NCBI GenBank assembly: GCA_018713435.1
Contig: DVOS01000057.1
Location: 2,450-66,449, forward strand
Reading direction: 5' to 3'
Source: Candidatus Merdiplasma excrementigallinarum
GTDB lineage: Bacteria; Bacillota; Clostridia; Lachnospirales; Lachnospiraceae
Length of the DNA: 64,000 bases
A model generated the notes under the pieces. The model was not told the origin of the DNA, searched no databases, and worked only from the letters and a program-made list of their open reading frames with translations. Made by a program: the position numbers and the translations under genes. Numbering within the stretch: position 1 is the stretch's first letter; each line of letters starts with the position of its first letter. Below are positions 1 through 8,563 of the stretch, one piece after another.

Positions 1-231
1 ATCCACAATGGCAAAATCATCGTTCAGCAGCATATTTCCCGCTCCGCCGTCTGTATTTACCAGCACAGTATCCCCGATCCCCGCATCCGCGCAGTCGAAA
101 GCAATCATACGGGGGCCCTGGGGGACGCCGCTTTCCGGGTCAAAATATTCTACCAGCATCAGCTTGTAGCCATAATATCCCCTCTCTTTTACTGTGGAAA
201 CCACATTGCCTACTACTCTCGCCAGCCGCAT
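1..231 (-). CDS. BMC vertex (pentamer) shell protein, EutN/CcmL/PduN family; partial, C-terminus runs off the window edge
   Basis: Not in the ORF track. My own translation from the ATG at 231 gives MRLARVVGNVVSTVKERGYYGYKLMLVEYFDPESGVPQGPRMIAFDCADAGIGDTVLVNTDGGAGNMLLNDDFAIVD, 77 codons open to position 1. The MxxARVVGxVVST start is typical of EutN/CcmL. AGGAGG lies about 9 nt upstream. Confidence 0.8.
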   Translation of the reverse strand, partial: MRLARVVGNVVSTVKERGYYGYKLMLVEYFDPESGVPQGPRMIAFDCADAGIGDTVLVNTDGGAGNMLLNDDFAIVD

Positions 232-254
232 CCTCCGTCACCTCCTGTCTGCTG

Positions 255-521
255 TTACAGTTCTTCGTGGTAAGTATCAATAAATCCCACAATCGCCACA
301 TCCACCGGAATCCGTTTTACCCTGAAAATGCGGGCGGCCTCCTTGGAACCGATCATGTAGACAAAATCCCCCATTCCTGCCTGGCGGGTCTGGTCTGCCG
401 CAACGATAAGTCCGGCTTCCTTTCCATTCTCCATTTTGCGCACCACCAGCAGAGGAATTCCCTCCAGAGCCGAATCCTTTACCGTAGCCACCACAGATCC
501 GGCTACCACACCGGTGTACAT
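255..521 (-). CDS. BMC vertex (pentamer) shell protein, EutN/CcmL family (second paralog)
   Basis: 88 aa. MYTGVVAGSVVATVKD start, EutN-like length and pattern. Only 3 nt from the upstream BMC-H gene. Confidence 0.88.
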   Translation of the reverse strand: MYTGVVAGSVVATVKDSALEGIPLLVVRKMENGKEAGLIVAADQTRQAGMGDFVYMIGSKEAARIFRVKRIPVDVAIVGFIDTYHEEL

Positions 522-524
522 GGT

Positions 525-815
525 TTACTCCTCTTCTTTGCGGTCCAGGGTGGGCAAAATATACTCTACATCCGCATGGGGACGGGGAATCACATGAACT
601 CCGTAGAGTTCCCCTACCCGTTTTGCAGCTGCAGCGCCTGCGTCCACTGCGGACTTTACAGCGCCCACATCGCCCCGCACCATCACAGTCACCAGTCCGG
701 AACCAATCTGCACTTTGCCGATCAGGCTTACATTAGCCGCCTTTACCATGGCATCCGCTGCCTCAATAGAACCGATCAGTCCACGTGTTTCAATCATTCC
801 CAATGCTTCTTTCAT
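525..815 (-). CDS. BMC-H hexameric shell protein (PduA/EutM/PduJ-like, single Pfam00936-type domain)
   Basis: 96 aa. Canonical [31 protein letters not shown]...[13 protein letters not shown]...HVIPRPH. Confidence 0.93.
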   Translation of the reverse strand: MKEALGMIETRGLIGSIEAADAMVKAANVSLIGKVQIGSGLVTVMVRGDVGAVKSAVDAGAAAAKRVGELYGVHVIPRPHADVEYILPTLDRKEEE

Positions 816-869
816 GTTTTGAATCCTCCATTATTTTTCTTTTTCATATATTAAAACTTGCATAACTGC

Positions 870-1415
870 CTATCCGATAGCCCGCAGCATATCCGGGTGA
901 GGGGAGGGAATCACAGCGCTTTTGGCCATCAGTCCCTTTGTCTCCTCCAGCGCTTCCGCCGCCTGGATGGAGGACTGTACAGCCGCTACTTCTCCAGTCA
1001 GCAGGATAAAGGATTTTCCTCCCAGTCCCCGGCCAAGCCGCACCTCCAAAAGCGTTACCTCCGCCGCCTTCGCCGCCGCGTCCGCTCCATGGACAGCGGC
1101 GCACAGAGAATAGGTTTCCATAATGCCCAGGGCATTCAGGTGTTCCACCATGGTACAGGCGGAAATGGCAGGCGCTACCTGCGGATCCACATTGGGGATC
1201 ACCAGACTGTCGATCAGCAGGCTTCCCGCCGCTTCTCTGCCCGCCTCCACAGACGCCTGGACAGCCGCCACTTCCCCGGATACCACAATGTAGTATTTCC
1301 CGGCGCAGATGCAGCCGGCACTGATAAGTTCTACCTCCGCCGCCTTCAGCATGGCGTCGCAGGCCAGCATTCCCGTGGGAATGCTCATAATTTCATTCAT
1401 TCCAATGGCTCCCAT
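870..1415 (-). CDS. BMC-T tandem-domain shell protein, PduT-like (candidate Fe-S pore)
   Basis: 181 aa with two BMC-like repeats (GMNEIMSIPTGMLACDAMLKAA... and GIMETYSLCAAVHGADAAAKAA...). The CICAGKYY segment aligns, from memory, with PduT TICPGKF, which carries the cluster-ligating Cys. Confidence 0.82.
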   Translation of the reverse strand: MGAIGMNEIMSIPTGMLACDAMLKAAEVELISAGCICAGKYYIVVSGEVAAVQASVEAGREAAGSLLIDSLVIPNVDPQVAPAISACTMVEHLNALGIMETYSLCAAVHGADAAAKAAEVTLLEVRLGRGLGGKSFILLTGEVAAVQSSIQAAEALEETKGLMAKSAVIPSPHPDMLRAIG

Positions 1416-1419
1416 GGCT

Positions 1420-2718
1420 TCACCTCCTTATCTCTATGTAGTCTTCGGTCACCGCCGTCACGGTACCGTCTATGGAAGCATGAATGTTGGCTCCCAATCC
1501 ATCCGGCCGGGCAATCAATTCTTCTCTGCGCACCCGGTCTCCCGGTGATACCAGAGGAATGTCCGGCGCGCCGATGTGCATTTTCAGCGGGATGCGCACC
1601 TCATCGCTGTCCACATATCCGCCCAGAGGCGCCTCCCTGTCAAAACGTTTCAGATCCAGCCGCCACAGCAGGCGCTCTGTGGGAATCCGTTTATTGGCCA
1701 TGCCGCCATCCGGCGGATATTTTACCTCTTTCACCGGTTTTATGCCTGCGGCAGCCAGACTGTTTTTCATCTGCTGCATGGCCATCGAGGGCTTCAGGCC
1801 AAAGCTGCAGGCAAAGTAAGTACAAATCCCGCAGTCACAGCAGGAAAAAATTCCATTTACGTCCCCCAGCAGTTCCCGGCTGCCGGAGGCAAAAGCTCTC
1901 ATAGCCCTGTGAGGCTGTACATTCAGGCCCATGGCATTCCTGGGGCACATCTGGGTACACAGCGAGCACTGGGAGCACACCGCTCTGGCGATCATGGCAT
2001 CCCTGGAAGAAGCTTTCTTTTTGGCCAGCAGCATATGGTCCTTCGGGATTGCCAGCAGCCCTCCTGTTGTCTTTGTCACCGGCTGCTTAAGATCCTCCGT
2101 TACTTTTCCCATAAGGGGGCCGCCCACAATATATACGCAGTCCCCCACAGAACCGCCGGCAGCATCCAGCAGTCTGGCAAGGGGCGTTCCCACCGGACAG
2201 GTCACCGTCACCGGCGCGGTCACGCTGCCGGATACTGTCACCATCTTATCCGTCACCGGATGGCCCTCCACAGCCCGGGCTATGTTCAGCACCGTACTGA
2301 CATTGCAGACCACGCAGCCCACGTCCAGAGGAATCCCTCCCGTGGGAACAGTCCGTCCGGTTACGCTAAACACCAGGTTCTGCTCGTCTCCGGCCGGATA
2401 AAAAGACTCCGAGAGGTAAAGCTCTACTTTTGTTCCTTTTACCGCCTTCTCCAGAGCCGATACAGCCGCTTCATAATGTTTCTTCAGGGCAATCACAGCC
2501 CGGGACGCTCCCAGCGCGTCCCGGATGCTGCGGACGGTCCGTACAATTTCATCCCCGTACTGTTCCATCACATGCCGGTCTGTGCGAAGCAGCGGTTCAC
2601 ACTCAATACCGTTAATGATTAAAATTTCTGCTTTGCAGTTTAATTTTCGGTCGGTTGGAAATCCGGCGCCGCCTGCACCCACAACGCCGGCATCCCGAAT
2701 CTGTTCGATCAGTCTCAT
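1420..2718 (-). CDS. PduS-like / RnfC-NuoF-like Fe-S flavoprotein oxidoreductase of BMC loci
   Basis: 432 aa. GVVGAGGAGFPT nucleotide-binding motif. Two ferredoxin-type Cys clusters (CSQCSLCTQMCP and CCDCGICTYFAC). C-terminal barrel-sandwich-like segment. Sits between the aldehyde dehydrogenase and PduT-like genes. Confidence 0.8.
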   Translation of the reverse strand: MRLIEQIRDAGVVGAGGAGFPTDRKLNCKAEILIINGIECEPLLRTDRHVMEQYGDEIVRTVRSIRDALGASRAVIALKKHYEAAVSALEKAVKGTKVELYLSESFYPAGDEQNLVFSVTGRTVPTGGIPLDVGCVVCNVSTVLNIARAVEGHPVTDKMVTVSGSVTAPVTVTCPVGTPLARLLDAAGGSVGDCVYIVGGPLMGKVTEDLKQPVTKTTGGLLAIPKDHMLLAKKKASSRDAMIARAVCSQCSLCTQMCPRNAMGLNVQPHRAMRAFASGSRELLGDVNGIFSCCDCGICTYFACSFGLKPSMAMQQMKNSLAAAGIKPVKEVKYPPDGGMANKRIPTERLLWRLDLKRFDREAPLGGYVDSDEVRIPLKMHIGAPDIPLVSPGDRVRREELIARPDGLGANIHASIDGTVTAVTEDYIEIRR

Positions 2719-2723
2719 AGGCT

Positions 2724-4130
2724 TTAAATAATCCGGAAGCCGTCAGCCAGGACGCATCGGCGGGCTCTGGTAAAACTCCGGGCCGAGGTAAGTCCCTCGC
2801 CTGTGGGTGTGGCGATGGTCAGCGTAGCGTATCCTTCTCCCTGGAATCCCACCCCGGCGGTAGAGGGGGCGTTTTTCACAAAGATAGTGGTGTTCAAAGC
2901 TCTGGCCGCTTTTGTCATGCTCAGATAATTGGTGGAATGCATCAGAGCGGAATGCCAGCATCCATGCTCTGCCTCCACTGCCCATTCTATGGCCTGATCC
3001 ACATGTTCGCACCGCACGCACCCCAGCACCGGCATCAGCATCTCTACCGTTACAAAGGGATGATTTTTGCATACCTCCGCTATCACCAGCCTGGGTTTTC
3101 CCGAATAGGACACCCCTGCCGCATCCATGATATAAGTGGCGTCATGGCCCACAAATTTCCGGTTAATCACATATTTTCCGTCTTTTTGCAGCAGAACGGT
3201 GCGGACTATCTTCTTGGCGTCCTCCTCATTGACCAGCCACGCGCCGTTTTTCTGCATCTCGGCAAGGAGCCTGTCAAAGACCGTGTTTACGCAGAAACAT
3301 TCCTTTTCTGCCACGCAGAGCACGTTGTTGTCAAAGGAGGCCCCGTCCACAATATCTTTTCCGGCCTTCGGAATATCCGCTGTCTCATCCACAATCACCG
3401 GCGGATTCCCCGGCCCCGCGGCGATACATTTCTTTCCTGTCTTCATCGCCACACTTACCACGGCTTCTCCGCCTGTCACACTCAGCAGCTTTACCTTCGG
3501 ATGGTTCATAATAACCGCGCTGGTATCCAGGCTGGGGTTTGCCGGACAGCAGATCAGCCCCATGGGGCCTCCTGCCGCCGCAATCGCCTCATTTAAAATC
3601 CGCATGGCTTCCTGGGAACATTTTACCGCTGCCGGATGGGGATTAAATACCACCGCGTTTCCGGCGGCGATCATGCTGATCGAATTGTTGATCACCGTTC
3701 CCGGCGGGTTGGTAGAGGGCGTGATGGAACCGATTACCCCAAAAGGCGCCTGTTCCACCAGCGTCATTCCCTTATCGCCTGTAAATACCCGGGGTACAAT
3801 ATCTTCCGTACCCGGTGTCTTATTTGCCACCAGCAGAATTTTCGCGATTTTATCCGGCACATTTCCGTATCCGGTCTCCTCATGGGCCATCTGGGCCAGT
3901 TTCTTCGCATTGTCCCTGGCTGCCTGACGCATGGCAGCGATCAGGCTTTCCCTCTGCTCCATGGTCATGGCCACCAGCTTTTTCTGCGCTTTTTGGGCTG
4001 CCTCAATACAGTCCTCCGCCCGCTCAAACATCCAGCCGTTTCCCCCGGCCTGATTCTCCGCCGGGCAGTTTTTGTTCAGCTGTGCCAGCGTCATCTGGAC
4101 AATCTGTTCAATCTGCTCTTTTGAAAGCAT
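2724..4130 (-). CDS. CoA-acylating aldehyde dehydrogenase (PduP/EutE family) with N-terminal encapsulation-type helix
   Basis: 468 aa. Catalytic-Cys context FDNNVLCVAEKE. N-terminal amphipathic SKEQIEQIVQMTLAQL followed by a linker, as in PduP/EutE targeting peptides. Confidence 0.9.
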   Translation of the reverse strand: MLSKEQIEQIVQMTLAQLNKNCPAENQAGGNGWMFERAEDCIEAAQKAQKKLVAMTMEQRESLIAAMRQAARDNAKKLAQMAHEETGYGNVPDKIAKILLVANKTPGTEDIVPRVFTGDKGMTLVEQAPFGVIGSITPSTNPPGTVINNSISMIAAGNAVVFNPHPAAVKCSQEAMRILNEAIAAAGGPMGLICCPANPSLDTSAVIMNHPKVKLLSVTGGEAVVSVAMKTGKKCIAAGPGNPPVIVDETADIPKAGKDIVDGASFDNNVLCVAEKECFCVNTVFDRLLAEMQKNGAWLVNEEDAKKIVRTVLLQKDGKYVINRKFVGHDATYIMDAAGVSYSGKPRLVIAEVCKNHPFVTVEMLMPVLGCVRCEHVDQAIEWAVEAEHGCWHSALMHSTNYLSMTKAARALNTTIFVKNAPSTAGVGFQGEGYATLTIATPTGEGLTSARSFTRARRCVLADGFRII

Positions 4131-4447
4131 CAGTCTATCACCTTCTTACTGTCTTTTTCTTTGCTGAATATCCGTCTGTTATGCAGGTCAATATAATCAA
4201 TAATGGCAATAATGGCTGTATCCGACGGTTTATTTTCTGTTACCTCTGTCTGTCTCGAGGAAGAACCGGAGACAATCATCACCACCTCGCCCTCACCTGC
4301 TCCTACCGCGTCAAAAGCTACCAGTATATTGCCTTTTTCCTCGAATGTCTCCAGATCAATCGGCTTTACCAGCATCATTTTCAGCCCGGTCAGTTTCTCA
4401 GATTTGGTGGTACTGACCACCGTTCCCACTACCCGCGCGATCTGCAT
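4130..4447 (-). CDS. BMC vertex (pentamer) shell protein, EutN/CcmL family (third paralog, with a short basic C-terminal tail)
   Basis: 105 aa. MQIARVVGTVVSTTKSEKL start. Overlaps the pduL 3' end by 19 nt and abuts the aldehyde dehydrogenase start. Confidence 0.9.
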   Translation of the reverse strand: MQIARVVGTVVSTTKSEKLTGLKMMLVKPIDLETFEEKGNILVAFDAVGAGEGEVVMIVSGSSSRQTEVTENKPSDTAIIAIIDYIDLHNRRIFSKEKDSKKVID

Positions 4448-5532
4448 GTCTCTCCTCCTTCTGTCCGGACGATCCGAATGCCGCTGGCCGCCGCCCGCTC
4501 TCTGGCCGCTTCCGTGACCAGAGCCCGGCTGCTTCCAAACACCGTTTCCCGGTTGTCCCGGTACGCGTCATTAATATCCCGCTCTGTAATCAGATCCAGC
4601 ACGGTTTCTCCCGGGTTCGGCAGGGCCTCCGGCCGTTTCTTTTTTCCCGGGGTCCGCTCAATCCGAATGCCCAGCTCACCGGCCCGGTCCCTGGCCAGAG
4701 GCGTAATCAGCGCCTCTTTTTCACAAAACAGTTTCTTTCTGCGGCCCAGGAACGCCTCGTTCACTTCCCTCTCCGTTACCAGCTCCCATACCGGCTCTTC
4801 TTCCCGCTCCTCTGCCGTACAGGAACCTTCATTCCCTGTTTCTTCGGCCTGCTTCGGCTTTTCTGCCCGGGACGGGGCAGCGCCGGACACGCCCGGCCCG
4901 TCAGGCAGCACTTCCAGCAGCTGCTCGTTGGACAGGCAGCATCCGTTGGCCTCATCTGTGTCTATATGAAATTCCAGTTCATGTTTTTCCCCGGTCCTGC
5001 ATACCACATCATTTAAAATACAGGGCCTTGGTCCGTCTACTTTCAGACTGATAATCTGTCCGTCATGGATTCCGTAGGCCATAGCCTGCTCCCTGCTCAG
5101 GTGCAGATGGCGCCGGGCCACTATTACGCCGTGATCCAGGTCGATCTGCCCCCGGGGGCCAATCACCCTGATTCCCGGCGTCCCGGCCGTATCTCCCGAC
5201 ATTCGTACCGGGCAGTTTCGGATACCCAGCGCGAAGGAATCGGTCAGGGAAATTTCCACCTGGGTTTCAGCTCTTACCGGTCCGATAATTCTGACCTTCT
5301 CAATTCTTCCTCTCGGGCCTTCCAGAATCAGCTGTTCTTTTGTAGCGAACTGTCCCGGCTGCACCAGCTTTTTCAAAGGCGTCAGTTCATAGCCGGGTCC
5401 GAACAGAATCTCCAGATCTCTGGCACACAGATGCAGATGCCGGGCCGAGATAGCCGCCGGCACATACCGGATACCGGAGCGGGCCAGTTGGGTCAGCACA
5501 ATACGCCGCACTTTTTTTTCATCAGCTGCCAA
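4429..5532 (-). CDS. pduL: Phosphate acyltransferase PduL with an approx 160-aa C-terminal extension carrying two tandem modules
   Basis: 367 aa. The two PduL half-domains each have an RHLHL motif (ISARHLHL, VARRHLHL). N-terminal amphipathic KKVRRIVLTQLARS. The extension is described in findings. Confidence 0.9.
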   Translation of the reverse strand: MAADEKKVRRIVLTQLARSGIRYVPAAISARHLHLCARDLEILFGPGYELTPLKKLVQPGQFATKEQLILEGPRGRIEKVRIIGPVRAETQVEISLTDSFALGIRNCPVRMSGDTAGTPGIRVIGPRGQIDLDHGVIVARRHLHLSREQAMAYGIHDGQIISLKVDGPRPCILNDVVCRTGEKHELEFHIDTDEANGCCLSNEQLLEVLPDGPGVSGAAPSRAEKPKQAEETGNEGSCTAEEREEEPVWELVTEREVNEAFLGRRKKLFCEKEALITPLARDRAGELGIRIERTPGKKKRPEALPNPGETVLDLITERDINDAYRDNRETVFGSSRALVTEAARERAAASGIRIVRTEGGETCRSRG

Positions 5533-5563
5533 ACACCTTCCACCCTCTTCCTATGCATTTTTC

Positions 5564-6439
5564 TTATATTCCCCGTGAGGCAAGCACCCGGCGGACAATC
5601 TCTGTGATCATCTGCACTTCCTCTTCCTCACTCATACTGCTATCTGCCTGACTGCCGGAAGATGCGCAGGAATTCCTGCATTTTGCTTCCCCGTTTGCGT
5701 TTTTCCCACAGGACGCGCAGGCCTCCGTTCCTTCCTGTCCGCAGTCTCTGCACTGGGGCCGTCCTCCGGTGGTAATGCCGTCCCTGGTTCTCCGCTCGAT
5801 CAGTCTGTCCACCTGATCGCAGGTCAGCTCCTGCACCTGCCCGATCAGTCCGTGGGTATACATACTCACCAGTGCATAATATTCAATAGATTCCATGCGC
5901 ATCCAGGCTGTCATGGCATCCCCTGCCCATGCAAGGGCGCCATGGTTGGCCAGCAGGCAGCCATTATGGGTTTTCACAAAAGGCGCAACGGAATCCGGTA
6001 CCTCTTCTGTTCCCGGCATGGCATAAGGCGCCAGCGGAATTTCCCCGATGCCCATTACGGATTCTGTGAGAATCGCCCGGTTCAGCGGCAGCCCGGCAAT
6101 GGCGTAGGATGTGGCTGCAGGCGGATGGGCATGAACCACTGCCTTTATGGCCGGGTTTTCTTTATATACACGCAGGTGCATTTTCATCTCGCTGGATGGC
6201 TTGCAGGTGCCCCGGATCACATTTCCGTTCGTGTCCATAAGCACCAGCATCTCGTCTGTCATAAAGCCTTTGGACACTCCGGTAGGCGTGCACCACAGCG
6301 TATGGTCGCTGACCTTGCAGCTGATATTTCCGTCGTTGGATGCCACAAAATTTTTCGCGTACATCCGTCGTCCGATTTCAAGGATCAGCTGCTTTGCCTC
6401 AAAATCAGACGGATAATCCTGGTTTAATCTATAATCCAT
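5564..6439 (-). CDS. Class II (metal-dependent) aldolase/adducin-family enzyme (FucA/RhaD/Ald2/DrdA-like) with Cys-rich linker and C-terminal encapsulation-type helix
   Basis: 291 aa. Metal ligands conserved in the expected places (SSEMKMH, VVHAHP, LANHG). C-terminal EEEEVQMITEIVRRVLASRGI amphipathic helix. First gene of the BMC operon. Confidence 0.88.
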   Translation of the reverse strand: MDYRLNQDYPSDFEAKQLILEIGRRMYAKNFVASNDGNISCKVSDHTLWCTPTGVSKGFMTDEMLVLMDTNGNVIRGTCKPSSEMKMHLRVYKENPAIKAVVHAHPPAATSYAIAGLPLNRAILTESVMGIGEIPLAPYAMPGTEEVPDSVAPFVKTHNGCLLANHGALAWAGDAMTAWMRMESIEYYALVSMYTHGLIGQVQELTCDQVDRLIERRTRDGITTGGRPQCRDCGQEGTEACASCGKNANGEAKCRNSCASSGSQADSSMSEEEEVQMITEIVRRVLASRGI

Positions 6440-6585
6440 TCTTTTACACCTTTCCCGCGGCGCTTTCTTTTGGCATTTTTATACAACTGGAGCCGCATTT
6501 ATTCACAAGGTATCATTTATTTTTCTTCCCAGATGTGTTATACTGTGCACAGAAGGCTGAATATTATGAAAGGAGAGCTATTCGT

Positions 6586-7338
6586 ATGCTAGCCATTGCA
6601 AGAAAACAGGCGATTCGGGAACAGCTGCAGGAATATAAGAGCGTGCGGATCACAGAACTTGCCGCCGCGCTCAACGTCACAAAGGAAACGATCCGACGGG
6701 ACCTGCGGGATATGGAACAGGCGGGAGAGCTTATCCGAACACATGGAGGCGCCTACATTCTGGACGGCGTTCAGAATGACATTGATATTACCACCCGGCA
6801 GGTTCTGAAAATGCCTGAAAAAGAAATTATCGCTCAAAAATGCGACAGTCTGATTCAATCCGGTGATTACATCTTTCTGGATTGGTCCACTACCGCCTGG
6901 ACAATCGCCCGGACAATCGCTCACCGCAGGCTCACAGTGCTGACTCCCTCACTGAAAATTGCCAACATTCTCTCAACTTCTGATACCGTCCGCCTCTTTG
7001 TGGTAGGAGGCGAATATTCCGCTTCCTCTCAGAGCTTCACCGGCAACAGTGCCGCCCGGAATATGGAACAGTATTTTGTAGACAAGGCCATTATCTCCTG
7101 CCGCAGCGTCAACATGGAATTCGGCATTACAGATACCAATGACAATGACGCCACTCTTCATCGCCTGGCGCTGGAACACGCTCAGGAGAAATATCTGGCC
7201 ATCGATTATTCAAAGCTGGACAAAACTTCTTTTTCCCGGGTTGCTCCTGTCTCTGACCTGAACGGCATTATCATGGATCGAAGCTTCTCTCTCCCCTGGA
7301 TCAAATTTCTGGGAAGTAATCAGGTACATATTTATTAA
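6586..7338 (+). CDS. DeoR-family transcriptional regulator (HTH plus sugar-phosphate-binding C-terminal domain)
   Basis: The start is trimmed from the track ORF 6340..7338 to the ATG at 6586, preceded by AGGAGAG. MLAIARKQAIREQLQEYKSVRITELAAALNVTKETIRRDL is a typical DeoR HTH. Divergent from the aldolase gene. Confidence 0.9.
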   Translation: MLAIARKQAIREQLQEYKSVRITELAAALNVTKETIRRDLRDMEQAGELIRTHGGAYILDGVQNDIDITTRQVLKMPEKEIIAQKCDSLIQSGDYIFLDWSTTAWTIARTIAHRRLTVLTPSLKIANILSTSDTVRLFVVGGEYSASSQSFTGNSAARNMEQYFVDKAIISCRSVNMEFGITDTNDNDATLHRLALEHAQEKYLAIDYSKLDKTSFSRVAPVSDLNGIIMDRSFSLPWIKFLGSNQVHIY

Positions 7339-7341
7339 TGG

Positions 7342-7381
7342 GATGAGGCTTCCGTCCTTTTACGGCAGCCTCATCTTTTTT
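7342..7381 (+). terminator. Rho-independent terminator after the DeoR gene, possibly bidirectional with the mtnA-like gene
   Basis: gatgaggcttccg / cggcagcctcatc form a 13-bp stem with one mismatch, followed by TTTTTT. Confidence 0.6.
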
Positions 7382-7410
7382 ATTTCCGGAAGGGTCAGAT
7401 ACCCGCTTGC

Positions 7411-8538
7411 TTACAGCGGCGTATTTGACTTTTTATCTACGTATTTCTCTACCGGCTTAATCCCCATCTTTTCAAAGGATTCTTTAAAGGGAGCGGTGGC
7501 GATGCCTTTCTCGGTGATAATTCCGGTCACCAGACTGTGATCCGTCACATCAAAGGCCGGATTTACCACCCCCACCCCTTCGGGAGCCATACGTTTTTCA
7601 TACCACATCTCCGTAACTTCTTCCGGTTTGCGCTGTTCAATATGAATTTCCTCTCCGGACTCCATCGTCATATCAATAGTGGAGGACGGCGCGCATACAT
7701 AGAACGGAATTCCATAATGCTTTGCAATAATCGCCACGCCGCTGGTTCCGATCTTGTTGGCAAAGTCCCCGTTGGCGGCCACCCGGTCGCATCCCACAAA
7801 AATAATCCCGATTTTTCCTGATTTCATGGTATAGGAAGCCATGTTGTCGCACTGCACGTAAGTATCTACGCCCGCCGCCTGCATCTCATAGGCGCTCAGC
7901 CGGGCGCCCTGCAGAAGAGGCCTGGTCTCATCGCAGTACACATGCAGATCCTTCTTGGGATCCCACCCCTGCTCCAGAGCGATATACACCGGCGCGAGGG
8001 CCGTTCCGTATTTCGCAGTGGCCAGGGTGCCTGCATTGCAGTGGGTCATAATGCCCACGCCCTTCCCCAGTTTTTCCAGCAGTTCAAAGCCATAGGCTCC
8101 TATATTCCGGCTGATCTGAATATCCTCCTCCCGGATCGCGTCCGCTTCCTGCATCAGCCGTTCCTTCATCCAGGCGACACCCTTTCCCTCCTTTTCGGAG
8201 AGCAGCACGCTGTGCATCCGGTTCAGGGCCCAGCTCAGATTCACCGCCGTGGGCCGGGAAGAATTAATATATTCCATATTTTTCGTGCACTGTGACACAA
8301 ATTCATCCATATTTTCCGTATCAGCCTGATCTGCCAGAATATAGTAGGCGTACCCGCCTGTCACGCCGATAGCGGGAGCTCCCCTTACTCTCAGCTTGTA
8401 GATTGCTTCCCAGATATCTTCCGCTTTATCCAGCGACAGATACTTTGTTTCATTGGGAAGCAGCGTCTGATCAAGAATAATAATGGACTTTTTGTCTTCT
8501 GACAGTACTACCGTGTCCAGATTCAGAGCATTTTCCAT
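7411..8538 (-). CDS. mtnA: Aldose-1-phosphate to ketose-1-phosphate isomerase of the MtnA/eIF-2B family (methylthioribose-1-P or 5-deoxyribose-1-P isomerase type)
   Basis: 375 aa. RVRGAPAIGVTGGYA and GCDRVAANGDFANKIGTSGVAIIAKHYGIPFYVCAP motifs. The symbol denotes the family; substrate not established. Confidence 0.86.
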   Translation of the reverse strand: MENALNLDTVVLSEDKKSIIILDQTLLPNETKYLSLDKAEDIWEAIYKLRVRGAPAIGVTGGYAYYILADQADTENMDEFVSQCTKNMEYINSSRPTAVNLSWALNRMHSVLLSEKEGKGVAWMKERLMQEADAIREEDIQISRNIGAYGFELLEKLGKGVGIMTHCNAGTLATAKYGTALAPVYIALEQGWDPKKDLHVYCDETRPLLQGARLSAYEMQAAGVDTYVQCDNMASYTMKSGKIGIIFVGCDRVAANGDFANKIGTSGVAIIAKHYGIPFYVCAPSSTIDMTMESGEEIHIEQRKPEEVTEMWYEKRMAPEGVGVVNPAFDVTDHSLVTGIITEKGIATAPFKESFEKMGIKPVEKYVDKKSNTPL

Positions 8539-8563
8539 AGTGTTTTCCTCTCTTTGTTCACTG

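Noticed and set aside
5564-6439. Reading the class II aldolase-family gene as MtnB (methylthioribulose-1-P dehydratase) of the classical methionine salvage pathway
   Set aside because: No downstream salvage genes (enolase-phosphatase, dioxygenase, transaminase partners) are present. The protein carries a microcompartment targeting-type tail and heads an aldehyde-processing BMC operon. An aldehyde-releasing aldolase fits better, but the MtnB alternative can only be excluded by phylogeny or assay.
6340-6585. 82-codon N-terminal extension of the DeoR gene in the ORF track
   Set aside because: It would read through the divergent promoter region. The DeoR HTH starts right after the internal ATG at 6586, which has a good RBS.
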